A program made the position numbers and the translations under genes. Shown here in pieces: positions 38,177 to 50,292 of a stretch of 64,000 bases of DNA (position 1 is the first letter of the stretch; each line of letters starts with the position of its first letter). This DNA is from Octopus sinensis (taxonomy: Eukaryota). Under the pieces are notes generated by a model that saw nothing but the letters and a program-made list of their open reading frames with translations, was not told the origin of the DNA and did not search any database. Location: assembly GCF_006345805.1 (NCBI RefSeq), contig NC_042998.1, forward strand, positions 156,116,001 to 156,180,000, read 5' to 3'.

Positions 38177-38450
38177 ATATTCTGTTGTGTCTGGGGAGAG
38201 TCATTCTCTTTTAGTGCCTTATTATTTAACACACTCACCGGTAAAATTTCCACTTATTTCTTACTTTTTCTAAAATTTTCGTTGCGTCTTGCAACCTTTT
38301 CAATAGTCTTGAAATTTTACCGGTGAGTGTGTTAAATAATAAGGCACTAAAAGAGAATGACTCTCCCCAGACACAACAGAATATGCTTCAACACACGAAC
38401 TCATATAAAGAATCTTGCAAACCAAATCCAAAAACGAAGCGTAAAAAAAT
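38177..38450. mobile_element. Fold-back non-coding element: perfect 74-bp inverted repeat with a hammerhead-like motif in the spacer
   Basis: 38177-38250 is the exact reverse complement of 38311-38384; 60-bp spacer. Confidence 0.8.
38270..38306 (-). ncRNA. Minimal hammerhead ribozyme, U3-A8 core variant
   Basis: Minus strand: CTA-TTGAAAA-G-GTTGC AAGAC GCAAC-GAA-AATT-T^-TAG. Compensatory U3-A8 pair and palindromic helix III; helix I is only 3 bp and lies close to the inversion junction. Confidence 0.6.
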
Positions 38451-38827
38451 ATATTATTTAACAAAATAAGGAATATATGTGGATAAGTTTGGAATAAGGG
38501 TTCGTAAGAGGTGATTTGCGACAGTACAGAACGAAAAAAGTAAAATAGACCAGCAACAATTGATGGTGTTTCAAGGAATTCTTTTAAAGAACGGGGAAGA
38601 GTGAATTTTAGCCCGATTAACCGGATGGTTTTGTTGTGAAGAGAAGATCAAGTTTAATGATAATATACTATTTGCATCTATCTAGTACTTTCGGCATGAA
38701 AATAATATAGATTTTGATATAAACAAATTAAAACGGTTGAAAGACTGTATGCACGTGCAATGGAAACTAATAATATGATTGTAAATAATTTTAATGAACT
38801 GCTTGCATACATTTAAATGTTTCTTAC

Positions 38828-38927
38828 CAGAGAAATCTTTCATGCCAGTAAAGTTGGAACCGGTTGGATCAAACCAGTACCTGTCGTGCAGATACTGGTT
38901 CTTCCCCATGAACAAGAATCCCTTCGA
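38828..38927 (-). CDS. Candidate internal exon (phase 0 to 1): SKGFLFMGKNQYLHDRYWFDPTGSNFTGMKDFS(G)
   Basis: tctctgactttAG acceptor, TG|GTAAGA donor, GC content above the flanks, single open frame. Confidence 0.45.
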
Positions 38928-39259
38928 CTAAAGTCAGAGATTATATATTGTCTAAATTTTAGACTATAAATAATCTTTGAGTTTAGATTCTAAAATGATG
39001 ACGGACACTGGTATTTACTACCTTTTTCATTGTAAGGTTTACTTCTTTCCTGCTGTTATTCATTCATTCACTTCCTTTTCCTTTGTGAGTTGGATTGTTT
39101 CTCTTTTCGTTCACCAGAAGCTAGGGTTAAGTGATATTCAAGGTTAAGCATTAGACGAAAATTAAAATTAAATATTCTCCATTGTAGGAGGAATGATTTC
39201 ATCGTTCACTCTTAAGGAAGGTGTAAAATAGGAGAAATAACACAATAATAGACGAATGA

Positions 39260-39862
<603 letters not shown>

Positions 39863-39929
39863 TAATAACAACAACAACAACAACAACAACAACAATAATA
39901 ATAATAATAAAAACATCGCTAATGACAGG

Positions 39930-41460
39930 AGAGAAATAAAGTTCATTCTGAAAAAGGAAATGGGATTTGAATAAGGAAGTTTCAATATATTCCAAGCTGC
40001 ATTTTGTAAGAGAGCTGCTATTTTTGATCTTGTCTTTCCATGTCATATCTCTAACACACAGGCATTTCATACGGAAGCTCTCAAAATCTCTACTAGTTTC
40101 CTTTATGAAGTCCAAATCTCCAAGCCATACAATAGTGGAGATATTTTTACTATCGTGTAGACATTCATTTTGGTCGCAAGGGATACAGCATAAGAGTTCT
40201 ACAAGCAACAAAAATAGTTACTAAAATCTGTACTGACTTTTGCAGTCTGCTCGTCATCCAACGCATCTGTTTGCTAAGTATGTGAAAAATGGTGACGATA
40301 TGATACAGAGTTACTTGGTCTGCAGTAGCACATAATTGGAAGAGTTACCCTGTCTTTTAGAAAATTACAATCATAATTCCGTATACAACCACATTGTTTT
40401 CCATGAATACAATGTCAACAAGATGATTATAGATAAAGTCTACAAAGCTACATTGTAATGGCGTCTCTAACTTGTAAGATTCACATAATCGTCTTTTGTC
40501 AGAACAAGAACATGAAATTTCTACTTAACTGAACACCATCATACATATACAATTCTCACGGGATTCTATCAGTACCAGATGCCGTGCCATTCAACAGGTG
40601 AAGAATATGACTTCGACGAATGTAATATCAGTAAAGTGGCAAACAGAATTTCTTATTTATAACAGAATTTCTTATTCAGGACGAAAAAGTCACTAAAGAA
40701 GTTTTATCATCCGCTGTCAGAAAGGGTCGATTCTGTGTTGCAATGGAAGCCTCTCGCATTATGGATGTTAAGATGACATTTCAGCTTCAGGTCTCTTGAT
40801 CAGATTTTCTTTAAAGCTGCAAAGCCCCTTACGATTTTGAAGTGCTTTATTTGATATAAGGAACGTCTGTCATGACCCAGATACTTGTGGACACTGCAAA
40901 CTATACCGAAGTGGTTGTTGTTATTGTTCAGTCTCAATTCTGACCTGATTGCGTCTATTTGCGTAGTTAAAAGACTTCATATCTGTGATTATCCCATAAT
41001 TTCTTAAGCACTGTGTTTAAGGGACTACATTGCCCTTCACAGATGGTAAGATGCGGTTTTAACGGAAAGGGATCTGTTATTTGTTGCATACGAAATAAAA
41101 AATATACACGCTCATTCAATACCTTGACTTTAGCCATGGGTCTGCATGGAACAATTCCTGATTTCTGTCGAAGAAAATCCAATATATTCAAGTTAGTATC
41201 CATTTATCCTCTGACTGAGGCAAATGGCCAAACGTTTTCATATCTAGACGTAGTCTAGTGATAGTGGGCGATTGGAACGGCATCTTGGGTACTGGTTGGA
41301 ATATCCTACTCAGAAGATTCTATATGTCCGACAGATACATTCTCCGAATGTGCTAATGGGGACTTGGTCATCCAGGTCGTATTTAGATGGAGTATTTATT
41401 AACTCAGCGGATGGTATCCAGAATTTCGACTCATCGGTCATACATTCGATAAGTTAATGG
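39930..41460 (-). mobile_element. Highly decayed RTE-like LINE
   Basis: Weak RT-like and thumb-like readings on the minus strand (CEGQCSPL..; DEQTAKVS..; TK..VY...LLYG-like). Confidence 0.45.
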
Positions 41461-42079
41461 TTAGCAACCAACCTAAAGAAGACGCATATACAGAAGCTGA
41501 ATTAACTTTACAAACACGGGCTAGGAAAATCGTTTAGTTTATTTGAATGCGTTTGCTAAAACTTTCAAAATCGGTATCTGAGAGTAATGTGATCTCATAA
41601 TTCTTTAGAAAATATGACGAAGCTGAGTTTCATTTAGATTTATCCCACTAAATTTTCACGTGAGAAGCTGCCTTTATAAATAGGAAAATATTTGCATATG
41701 TAACTTCAATGGCTATTTTGTTTCTAACTTAATTACTTTGCTCAATTTCAATTACTATCAGGAAACATAGATGCTATTTCGTTGTTGTTTTTATTTTGTA
41801 ATTATTGACATTATTATCAAAATTATTGTTGTTGCTGTCATTAGTTTTAAGGATAAATAACCCTCTAAAATAACAAAAAATTCTCGACTACTTGAATCTA
41901 CTGTCATTCGATTTCAAATCCTAGTTATAGCTGTATCATTTTCACTTATGCCATTTGAAAAACACAAACTTTACAATGTTGTTTCTTCTCGTTTTGAGTG
42001 TCCTTTTTTTCATATCCAATATGGTACCTAGATGCTCTGTGTTGAAATCTCCCAAGACCAGAATTTGATTTCATTTCAC

Positions 42080-42118
42080 CTTATCGGTAAAATAGTGCTT
42101 GGATTCGATTCCTTTCCC
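42080..42118 (-). CDS. Candidate micro-exon (phase 0 to 0): GKGIESKHYFTDK
   Basis: gttcttttAG acceptor and AAG|GTGAAA donor; in frame with 38828-38927. Confidence 0.25.
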
Positions 42119-42440
42119 CTAAAAGAACTGATCTAGTGTTTGTTTGCCTAAAAGTAATATTGAACGAATTTGTGTGTAATAGTCTTTTGTAAAACCGTTT
42201 TTCATTTGTGTACGCTGTATTTTGTGTCACATCTTCGACCCAGGGCCGATTAGACAGGGCACTATTCATAGCATTCATTAGGGGAGTCGTGACTATTTAA
42301 AAACATTCTGAATTACAGAAAGACAATCCTATATAAGAGGTGAAACGTATTGTCGTGCATGTGCATCCAATGAGTTATGTTTGGGATACTATAATCCACT
42401 ACTATAATCCATGATGCTATAATTCAACTTGACAAACCTT

Positions 42441-43508
42441 TGTAGTGACGACCGTACGTAAAGGAGTTGGTGACAGAAATGTCTCCTTTTAAACGCCGCA
42501 CGGTCGCCTACAAAAGAAGATAGCCAAATATGGGGCATAAAAGAATAAGATTTCCACAATGAATAAGGAAGACGACACAACCGTTTACTGTTTGAGAGAA
42601 AGAAGACTTTATTTACAGGATGTGTACATAACAAGAGCGTGTATGTGTGCTAGCAGAGTATGTCTGAGTGCGTGCGGCATATGTGTGTATCTGTGTGTTC
42701 GTGTGTGAGTACAGAAGAACAATAAGGAACAATAGAGAACAAATAGAAATGTGTCTCTCAGGATACAAATGAATGTTCAGACAAGATGGAGTTAATTACC
42801 AGTTCGTAAAATACACAATAGTAGTTAGTTCTGTATCAATGATGTTGGTGGCAAAGAGGAGAGCGGTTACTACGCGTGTAGAAGATGTGGCTTCAATCCA
42901 TTGCCAGGTTGCTTTGGCACAGAAATTTCTCGCAGGTAGAGCTGAGCTCTTAACCTTGGTGTGTATACACAACAGCGTAAAATGAACCCGGAACGATGTT
43001 GGTGTTGGTATGTACGTAGACATGTTGGTGATGTCGATAAGCTAAGGCGACGGTGGTAATGACGGCGTCAAAGTGAAGTCGACGATGGTGATGGAGACGG
43101 TGGAGAAAGGCGACGTTGAGAGGAAGGCGACGGTGGAGAACGGTCCTGAGATGCTGCATGTTGGTGTCGTCGCTGGCTGTCACAGGAACATGGCTATCTC
43201 GCTGGAACTGGCTGGTCTGGTTGTGATCAATGGTCGAAGACCAAAGACGAGATATAGTGAATTGCTGAAGCATTTTAAAGCAAAAGGCAGGCTCTACAAA
43301 AAATCCAAGAGACTGTGTCATGGGACCTTTATCCGAAGGCCGTGATTGGTTGGCTTACACACTGGTGCGAAATAAAACTGCACCAAAACCAACCAATCAG
43401 GGCAGCGGACACAACCGGTCCCAAGCAGCCGAAGAATGGCTGCTATCTGACACAATATCATTTCTATGATCTCCTCAAACAGTGAGGATATCACCGAGCT
43501 ACGCTATA
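42441..43508 (-). mobile_element. Solo LTR (about 1.07 kb) with a 4-bp target-site duplication
   Basis: CCTT|TGTAGTG...CGCTATA|CCTT (terminal inverted repeat with mismatches). On the minus strand, CCAAT boxes, a TATA-like GATAAAGG (about 43330) and AATAAA (42608-42613) occur in LTR order. Confidence 0.75.
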
Positions 43509-44561
43509 CCTTCATAAGAGACTTTTGCAGTCATGTATATGCGTATTCTCTTTAATTTGTTGATTTCTTTGCTTGATCATTTTGTTAATTTGTTTTAAAC
43601 TATGGCACAATATTCTAATGACATTTATATAACTTTATGCTATAGGTCCTTCAGCTCTCTGGTAAGTAATATTAATTTTCTATATGCAGATGTATTATAC
43701 ATTAGCCTATGCCCTTGCAGATGAAGAGGATTTAATTCAAAAGAGTCACAAGTAGCCATGATTGGTAGTCCTATGGAAATTTTAAACGAGCTGGTCACTA
43801 TTCTCTTTCCGTTCCCATTTTTTCTCTCCATTTTTCTTTCTTTGAACATTTGAGAGGCGTTCCAGTGCTGATTTTTTTTTACTTCAAGACACTCCCTTCC
43901 TCTAAAAGAGTATAATTTACGTATAGTAAAGATTTAGCGATAGGCAGTGAGAGTGTAGAGAGAGATAAATGCTCAACTGTCAAGGGTTTTGGTAATGACG
44001 TAGCAAGAGATGGAAGAGGCGAAGATAACCCTCGAATATTTTGTTGACATTAAATACAATGTCAAAGTAAAGAGATTATAAGTGCGTATTTTTGTTGTGA
44101 CTTCTGATGGACAGTCTCATGTTGTGCAATTCTAAATTATGGAACCAGTTTGACAAGTATGCTAATGACTAACACTTTTCAGCACCATTTGGTACCACAG
44201 ATTCTAATTTAGAGTTGTATTTAGCTAATGTTTCTGTAAACTTTCTTTCTCGATTAATTTTACCTGCAGAATCTAACATAGTCAAAAAACAAACTAGATT
44301 TTCAAAATATCCAGTGATATGAAATAACATTTAAACTACATTTTTATACGTAAAATGAAAGGCAAAGAAACATTAAGCAGTGTGGTGAACTCGGTTCGTT
44401 GGAATTTAACTTTTAATCTATGATAATAGAATGTAGAGAAATGAATTTACAAAAAAAAAAGGCATTTAATCCAACATTTAAAAATTTTTTTATTTTAATT
44501 TTATTTAAATATTAAAATTTTTTTTTGCTCTCCACTGCTTTTGAACTCCTTAAACCAGATA

Positions 44562-44638
44562 CAGGGTGCGGCAGAAAAGTTGCCGCGATTTCAAATTATT
44601 AACCTTTGAAATCGGGGTAATCTTTCTGCCGTACCCTG
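44562..44638. mobile_element. 77-bp palindromic Tc1/mariner-type MITE
   Basis: TA|CAGGGTGCGGCAGAAAAGTTGCCGCGATTTCAAA...TTTGAAATCGGGGTAATCTTTCTGCCGTACCCTG|TA. Confidence 0.85.
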
Positions 44639-45572
44639 TATGTACAATGAGAAACATCAGACATCCAATCGTCTGCAGTTCCATGTGGGTGTTAGTGTCT
44701 GTTGTGATTCATGTCTATAAACCTGTTCTCATCTATTGTTTCAATTTCCCAGGTTTCATAAGTAATTATTTAAATTTAATATCATAGTTGTTATTTTTGA
44801 CAAGACATACAACTAAAAACGCGCTTATCTATTGAATCAACGAGCCAACAGGGGTCCTCCACGCTGTTACAAGGCCTGCAGGAAATAGCAGCCAACTCTA
44901 TTAAAATCACACTCTTAGATATAGGAGGATACACTGGACACCATAAAGTCTGATAACTCGCTTTTGATTATAACTCACTTTTGATCAATCAGGATTGATC
45001 AGGAATAAACAATAACAGCAATAATAGCGATGAAAAGGACAACTCAAATATTTTCCTGGTGATAAATTTATCGACTCTGGACGTTGCAAGACTAAATAAA
45101 CCATTTGAATTTTAGACAAAATAGAAAAGACTGCGAGAGGAACACTTCGACATACATTACTTGTTAACAGGACTGGACAACATATTGTCTAAGAATGCTA
45201 TGTGCAATAGATTAGTTTCATATTCAAAGCGAGATTTATCATTCATCTGCTTCATGTTATGAAATCAAAACTAAACACGAATTCGACATGTGAAAAATGT
45301 GTTGAAGTCTAAAATATAATGTGACGTCATATGCATTTAGACTAGGACAGTAAATATTTCCTCTTCTTTTTATTTTCTAGTTAACGACACTTTTTTTTTA
45401 ACAAAATAGCAAAGATAATATTAAGAATATATAAACAAAATTGTAACAGAAAACATTTTAATTCTTTGGTATTTGATTGATATATGTGTATGTATATGTG
45501 TGTGTAGTATACATACATAGATACATAGATACATAGATACATACATACATACATACATACATACATACATAC

Positions 45573-45661
<89 letters not shown>

Positions 45662-45746
45662 AAAGCACTAAAGCATCTTATTGAATTACTCGTCCTCTGT
45701 TTGTCTCACCCTCTCTCTCACTCTGTATATATATATACAAAGAGAG

Positions 45747-45785
<39 letters not shown>

Positions 45786-45789
45786 TTCA

Positions 45790-46500
45790 GAAATTATAGA
45801 TTAACGGACCTTAAAGGACTTTTTACCATGTTCAGGAAAAAAAAGCTATAATCTCTGGAGAAGCTCATCCACCCTGCGAAACCGGGAGGCATTTACCTAA
45901 AAATGCAACTCTCAAAAACCTACTATCCGAACTAAAAAAGATAACGACAGGCACTGTACAGCCCTCGAGATATACTGCCTTTAAACTGTAAGAACACCCA
46001 TCAACTTTTTAGTTCGACACATGATACATTCTAAAGTACCTTCGACCATCTTAAGCCTACAAGGGCTGCTGCCTTGACAATGTCGTTTCCATTGCAATGC
46101 TAACCCTTATCTAGTCTCTCACTCTACGGAGATCTAGCCTTTTCTTTGGAAACAAGCTACAATGCGTCTCATAACCATGAAAGGTAACTCTTCTGATTAT
46201 GCAAACAATTGCCATAGTGTAATCACATTCTGTATTTTTAAGGTAAGAAAGACAGCTATAAACAACAATATCCTCCAACTCAACCTTGAACCTCTAACTC
46301 TCCTCGAAGACCACCAGAACTGTTTTCATAAACCAGATTCACTGGTTATCTACTCTCTCATCACCTATCAATGAGCTTTCTCCTTACAGAAATTTGGTAA
46401 AATGCATTGTTGTTGCCTGAACATCAGTAAGCTTTCAACTGAGTCTGACATGCAAATTTTCTGTGGAAACTACTTGCTTGTGCGCTGACACTTCCTCTAG
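45790..46500 (+). mobile_element. Decayed CR1/jockey-like LINE RT fragment
   Basis: KGNSSDYAN (NYRPI region) and a VVA.NISKxF..V.H-like motif near 46410-46455. Confidence 0.45.
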
Positions 46501-46616
46501 ATCTTGTAGATAAAAAAAAGAATAAAATAAATTCCCAACAAAGGACTTATCTCTGAGATATTTTGATAACTATATATGTATGTACTTATACATGCATGCA
46601 TACATACATACATACA

Positions 46617-46647
<31 letters not shown>

Positions 46648-47849
46648 CATACATACATACATACATACATACATACATACATGTGTATATCGACACCATA
46701 TATTACTTATGCTCAGTGTGTCCGACAACAATTGTTGAAAGATTTCAAAATTAGTGGCATAAATCCTATTTGATTCTCATCAGAAATGAAATGAGAAGTA
46801 GAAAAGTGGATTGATATGAATGTGATTAACTGGATCGGATTACTTTATTACTTAATTAGTCTCCATTTTAAATCACCGGCTTATAGAAAGATCAACCAAA
46901 TAGGAAAAAACTCCTGTGTGTCGGAGATGAGACGCAGTCTTTTTTATTCGAAATAATTGCTAATGCCTATGTTCATTCTAAGAGCTGAAGACAGCATCCT
47001 GGCTATTGCCGCTGTTGTGGAAATAGATTCCCTCAAAGATGTAACTACTTTAGCAGAATATCATCCAGACGAAGAAGATGACAAAATAAAACTATTAGCA
47101 ATCATTGATATACATATGGAATATCCAATAGATCCCTACTGGATTTATGAAACACATGTAACATGAACTCATACTTGCTCTTAGCCAAATAATTTCGGGG
47201 GTGTTCCAAAACATGGAACTGGACGTCATATCAGTGCAGTTGGTACAAGAAAAGAATAAGTGCTTGTGAAATGTATAGGCTTTGACTAGTTTATGGACGA
47301 AGGGCAAACACGATGCTTTGTTTTGTTTGTTGTATTTTTGCCAATTGATCGGATGTTTGATGTCATCCAAAAACTGGTTCTAAGACCTCTGTTAAAGGCA
47401 CATACAAAACTGAAAAATATGAAACTCACAAAAAGCGGTGAAAGATCTTGTTCCTGTTATATTTCGTTTGTTCCACAAAAGGACTACCTTGTCTTACCTT
47501 GTGTATATGGAAAGAATAGAAACAAAGAAAATCAGGGCGATTCTAATAGATGCGGTTCTCTCTTTGGAAGACACGGATTGGCATTTCATGATCATCGCAA
47601 GTATCAAAGTTTTGGTTTCTCAAGAACAAATGTCTTGGTTCTTATTAAAGTGCTACTACTGATGTCAGGACTGATAAATTTCCTTTATTCGTGTAATATA
47701 TACATAGTGATGCAGGGAAGCGATTTATACAATTCAGCGGATTACCTGGCAAAATGGCTGAAGATCTATTTCAACATTTTCCTCCAGCAATTTAAAACGC
47801 AAGGCTGTCAGAAACTGTATTTACGGTCAGTCTTATGATGAAGCGCTAC

Positions 47850-48900
47850 ATCATATAAAATATCTGGTCTTCGATGCAAAGAATAGGGAAGTTGCTCCAA
47901 ATGCATACTATAGATCTGGTGATTTTCTGGAACTCTATACCTTGTCTTTCAGTCCTAAATGCAGTATAATGCAATAAAATAAAATCTTTAGCACTGACTC
48001 TAAAGACATTTTGCAATGACATCCATAAATCAGTAGTAAAAATAGTCTTGTAGAACTTATCAGCACTAGTAGCTGCTCCATAAAGAATTTTGGAGATAGA
48101 AAAATGTACACTTAGGTAGCCCGCTAGGGTCAAAGGTATACTGGAGACATTTAAAACTTATTAATACTTAGTTATTCGTTTATTCCAGTTAAAGTAGCCA
48201 AGGCTTTCCCATCATCTATATTTACAGAAAAGTAATCTACATAGGTAACTACTTCTCATTTAATCGTGCTTTTTTAATTAGATATGAAAATATGCAATAT
48301 ATACATAAATATCAACTCAATCAGATTGAAAATGAAATAAGTTGGCTCAAAAATCCACATAGAGAACGAAAAAGAAAAGATTCCATAATGAAATTGCAGG
48401 GGATTAAATAATGTTTGATTGTCGAAAGAAATTGCAGGATGGATACTAAAAGAATCGAACATTTAAAAAATATGACTTCATAAGCATTTTAACATCACAG
48501 ATAATGGTTATCCACATTCGAACGAGTTTCGTTGATTCAAAGATATATTCAAATTCAAAGAAATAATGAATACTTGACGCAAGGCAAATTCTTCACAGAT
48601 TGAGGGATTTGTTATGTGTGCTTCTATATTATCTCTTGTTGAGGGCACAGGACTAATCTTAGTTTTTGGTTTTGAGACTGGCTGGTAGCAAGGAGCCACA
48701 GTTCTGTTGTAGCACTAAGTGAGGCTATTCCATCAGGGTAATTTTACGATCATGTCGCGCATAAGAGGTGAGATACTGCAGGCGTATCTGTTGGGCATTT
48801 CAGTAGTTGGACGGGCTCCTTGTAAATTCTTTTTCTTGATTTACATAATGACTTTACATATGCACGGAAAACATATTTACATATGCACGGAAAACAAACA
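47850..48900 (-). mobile_element. Possible highly decayed PLE-type RT relic
   Basis: Weak motif resemblance only (xIDD at about 48215). Confidence 0.25.
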
Positions 48901-49086
48901 TCACATCCAAAACCCAAACCTGTGATTTTGTATTTCACTAATATTTGAAGCCTTCATTCTAACTTTTCCTATGGTGAATCTTTTCAACAATAAATTCTTC
49001 TGGTCACTTTGCCCTATGCAAGACTAACTTGAATCTTGGCATTTCTTGTTTAGATTTCTTTGTCTATGATTCTCTCTTTTTCTCTC

Positions 49087-49134
<48 letters not shown>

Positions 49135-49807
49135 TCCCTCTCTCTCTTAACTGTAAATATTTTAATTCATCATATAAATTACTTTAGTGCCTCAAGAATC
49201 TGGGTTTGAATCTTTTGACCATTCTGTGTATAATATTGCTGGCTCCTCCTACATTCTACCAATCGTCTTTTCTCCTTTATCGCTTTTTTATCTCTCAAGG
49301 TCGTGATCTTGTTAATATTGTATCTGACAAAACTAACCAGGTACTTTCTGTTTTGTCCTTCAATGAATATTGTTTTTTAGTGGTTTCAATGTTCATCATG
49401 TTAATTGACTCAGTTCTAAATCCACGAATGCTACTGAAATTTGCCTTCGATTTCTCTTTGTCTCAATCTCTTTCTCCCCTACTCATCTTCCACATTTTCA
49501 TCTTTCTTGATCTTTGCCTCGTGTCTGATCTTAGCATTTACTCTATCTCTTCCCATGCTCTACTTCTCTTTATGTATGTGTGTGTATGTATGTATGTATG
49601 TATGCATGTATGTATGTATGTATGTATGTATGTATGTATGTATGTATGTATGTATGTATGTATGTATGTATGTATGTATGTATGTATGAATATATATATA
49701 TGTATGTATGTATATATATATAATTTATATATATATATATACTAGCTGAAGAAGACCCGCTCTACGCGCGGGTAAGAGTGTGGTTGTTACTTCCTGTTGC
49801 TTCCTTT

Positions 49808-50118
49808 CAGCACGTAAAAAGCACCATCCAAACGTGGCCGATTGCAGAGCCGCCTTGACTGGCTTCTGTGCCGGTGGCACGTAAAAAGCACCAACCGATC
49901 GTGGCCGCTGCCAGACCCCTGGCACCTGTGCCGGCAGCACGAAAGAAGCACCCACTACGCTCACAGAGTGGTTGGCGTTAGGAAGGGCATCCAGCTGTAG
50001 AAACACTGCCAGATCAGACTGGAGCCTGGTGCAGCCTCCTGGCTTCCCAGACCCCTGTCAAACTGTCCAATCCATGCTAGCACGGAAAATGGACGTTAAA
50101 CGACGATGATGATGATGA
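49808..50118 (+). mobile_element. 5'-truncated SINE with a V-domain-like core and (GAT)n tail
   Basis: TGGTTGGCGTTAGGAAGGGCATCCAGCTGTAGAAA; three internal gcacg.aa.aagcacc repeats; ends ggacgttaaacgacgatgatgat. Absent from the second host copy at about 60090. Confidence 0.75.
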
Positions 50119-50292
50119 TAATTCTCCATCTTTGTTTCTCTCTCCTTTCTCTCTCACTTTCCCCACTCTCTTACTCTTCCTTTCTCTCGGACTCTCCCTC
50201 GCTTTCTCTTACTCTCTATCTTTATCTATCTCTCTCCCATTTATAAACAACAAAAGATCTTGAGTAAGTTGAGGAATGAAATATTTAGAAAG

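Noticed and set aside
42322-42354. GACAAT-CCT..AGG-TGAAACGT-ATTGTC hairpin resembling a hammerhead
   Set aside because: The CUGANGA box is entirely absent.
42950-43345. Overlapping 123-aa and 90-aa ORFs
   Set aside because: Within the solo LTR and built from short internal repeats (ggcgacggtggag); no gag/pol motifs.
46735-46790. Minus-strand CTGATGA...GAAA
   Set aside because: No proper helices; reads DENQIGFMP, more likely an RT fragment.
49810-49955. Spaced short repeats (gcacgtaaaaagcacc) resembling a CRISPR array
   Set aside because: Only three degenerate units with related spacers inside a eukaryotic SINE; no cas genes.
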